DNA of 63,200 nt, counting the filler, from Octopus bimaculoides (Eukaryota): assembly GCF_001194135.2 (NCBI RefSeq). It is 3 parts of 3 records of this genome, joined end to end, with 100 filler letters (N's around TTAATTAATTAA, not from the genome) between each part and the next. Parts side by side here need not be neighbours in the genome. Positions count along the whole stretch, not along the records: positions 59,844 to 63,200 come from NW_026314839.1; 2 more parts are not named here. The stretch is one strand, 5' to 3'. Shown in pieces: positions 61,791-63,200 of this stretch. Within the stretch, counting starts at the first letter, position 1. Each line of letters starts with the position of its first letter. The position numbers were made by a program, and so were the translations under genes. The notes under the pieces are model-generated. The model saw only the letters and a program-made list of their open reading frames with translations. It had not been told where the DNA came from and did no database searches.

Positions 61791-63012
61791 TTCATTTTAC
61801 GTAGACCATTGATTAACCTGATTTCATAATTACTTTTTCTGGTCTTGTTTCGCATATTAAAGCGTATAAAAACCACGTTCGATGTTTCCAGCTTAGTTGA
61901 TGGCAATTACGATCATGTAACACTTTACATGATTGCAAGCAAACGAAATCGAAGGTGATGCATCAAAATTTCTCTTCTCTTAGACAGAATGACTTAAAAT
62001 ACTAGGGGTCTCACACTCATAGCTCCTCGATGGCTGTTGACATTCTTGTGTTCCTTTTCTCTATGGCAGGTTGTTTTCTGCCTTGGAGGGATCCACCGTA
62101 AACTACGCTCCTTACCAAGCAGGCTTGGTGCTGTTGCTGGATTAGACGCTGATGGTCCAACCATGCAAGAAGTTAATAACCTGAAATAATTACTGATAGT
62201 GCGTCTGNNNNNNNNNNNNNNNNNNNNNNNNNNNNNNNNNNNNNNNNNNNNNNNNNNNNNNNNNNNNNNNNNNNNNNNNNNNNNNNNNNNNNNNNNNNNN
62301 NNNNNNNNNNNNNNNNNNNNNNNNNNNNNNNNNNNNNNNNNNNNNNNNNNNNNNNNNNNNNNNNNNNNNNNNNNNNNNNNNNNNNNNNNNNNNNNNNNNN
62401 NNNNNNNNNNNNNNNNNNNNNNNNNNNNNNNNNNNNNNNNNNNNNNNNNNNNNNNNNNNNNNNNNNNNNNNNNNNNNNNNNNNNNNNNNNNNNNNNNNNN
62501 NNNNNNNNNNNNNNNNNNNNNNNNNNNNNNNNNNNNNNNNNNNNNNNNNNNNNNNNNNNNNNNNNNNNNNNNNNNNNNNNNNNNNNNNNNNNNNNNNNNN
62601 NNNNNNNNNNNNNNNNNNNNNNNNNNNNNNNNNATTAGAGACATTCACACAGATAAAGTGATAGCTTCTTAATTTTATCCTTCAATTGATGTTCTATATC
62701 ACACATGTTTGGAGCAGAAATGAAAACGAACGCATACTTCCAGACGCATATAGATACCTATACACTGAAACATACACACATACGTGGATATATACATACA
62801 TACGTACATATCCAAAATGTACAAACGTACACACACGCACGCGAACACATACATATGCATACAAACACATTTATTCATATTTCGCACAACCACTGTCCTT
62901 TTTCTATTACTTTTGCGTCGATTATCAAATTTATTTGTTTACACAATCGCGTGTATTATTTGGGGATGTACATGTGGGTGCCTGAGTGTTGGTGTATCTA
63001 TGCGCTAGTATT

Positions 63013-63043
<31 letters not shown>

Positions 63044-63159
63044 ATTTAATTTTCATTTCTATTTTCGATGCATTCGACATGTATGTGACATCTAGTCATT
63101 CTATTAATGAAAAGAAATATACTTCAATACACGCATATACTCCCTACGCATCCATATAC

Positions 63160-63200
<41 letters not shown>

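Noticed and set aside
61994-62200. GC-richer minus-strand ORF end, possibly a LINE 5' region
   Set aside because: No diagnostic motif and truncated by a gap; cannot assign.

Overview
AT-rich, microsatellite-saturated eukaryotic (animal) DNA from a short-read scaffold. It has about 19 N gaps, many flanked by (TA)n. There is no prokaryotic-type feature and no confidently identifiable host gene. The tRNA-derived SINE families look to me like those of coleoid cephalopods (Octopus-like); this is inference from recall, not a database result. The window is mostly a TE graveyard: at least six tRNA-headed SINE types with shuffled head/core/tail modules, two R4/Dong-like RLE LINE fragments abutting (TAA)n, RTE and possible CR1 fragments, a hAT remnant, and four distinct Tc1/mariner-superfamily elements (Tc1, DD37D maT-like, DD34D mariner, and a 210-bp mariner deletion derivative). 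Best leads: (1) an unassigned, frame-conserved but stop-riddled two-ORF cassette at 4922-6332 behind an LTR-like TG...CA unit; (2) a tRNA-head/(TAA)n/Dong-endonuclease composite at 58977-59743; (3) several minimal hammerhead-ribozyme-like motifs in short non-autonomous repeats; (4) two phase-compatible minus-strand candidate exons at 51951-52598 with a small-GTPase-like or WD40-like peptide; (5) a degenerate tRNA-Arg(TCT) with a perfect 23-bp inverted partial copy at the edge of the hAT remnant. Almost all ORFs in the supplied track are microsatellite or N-run artefacts.
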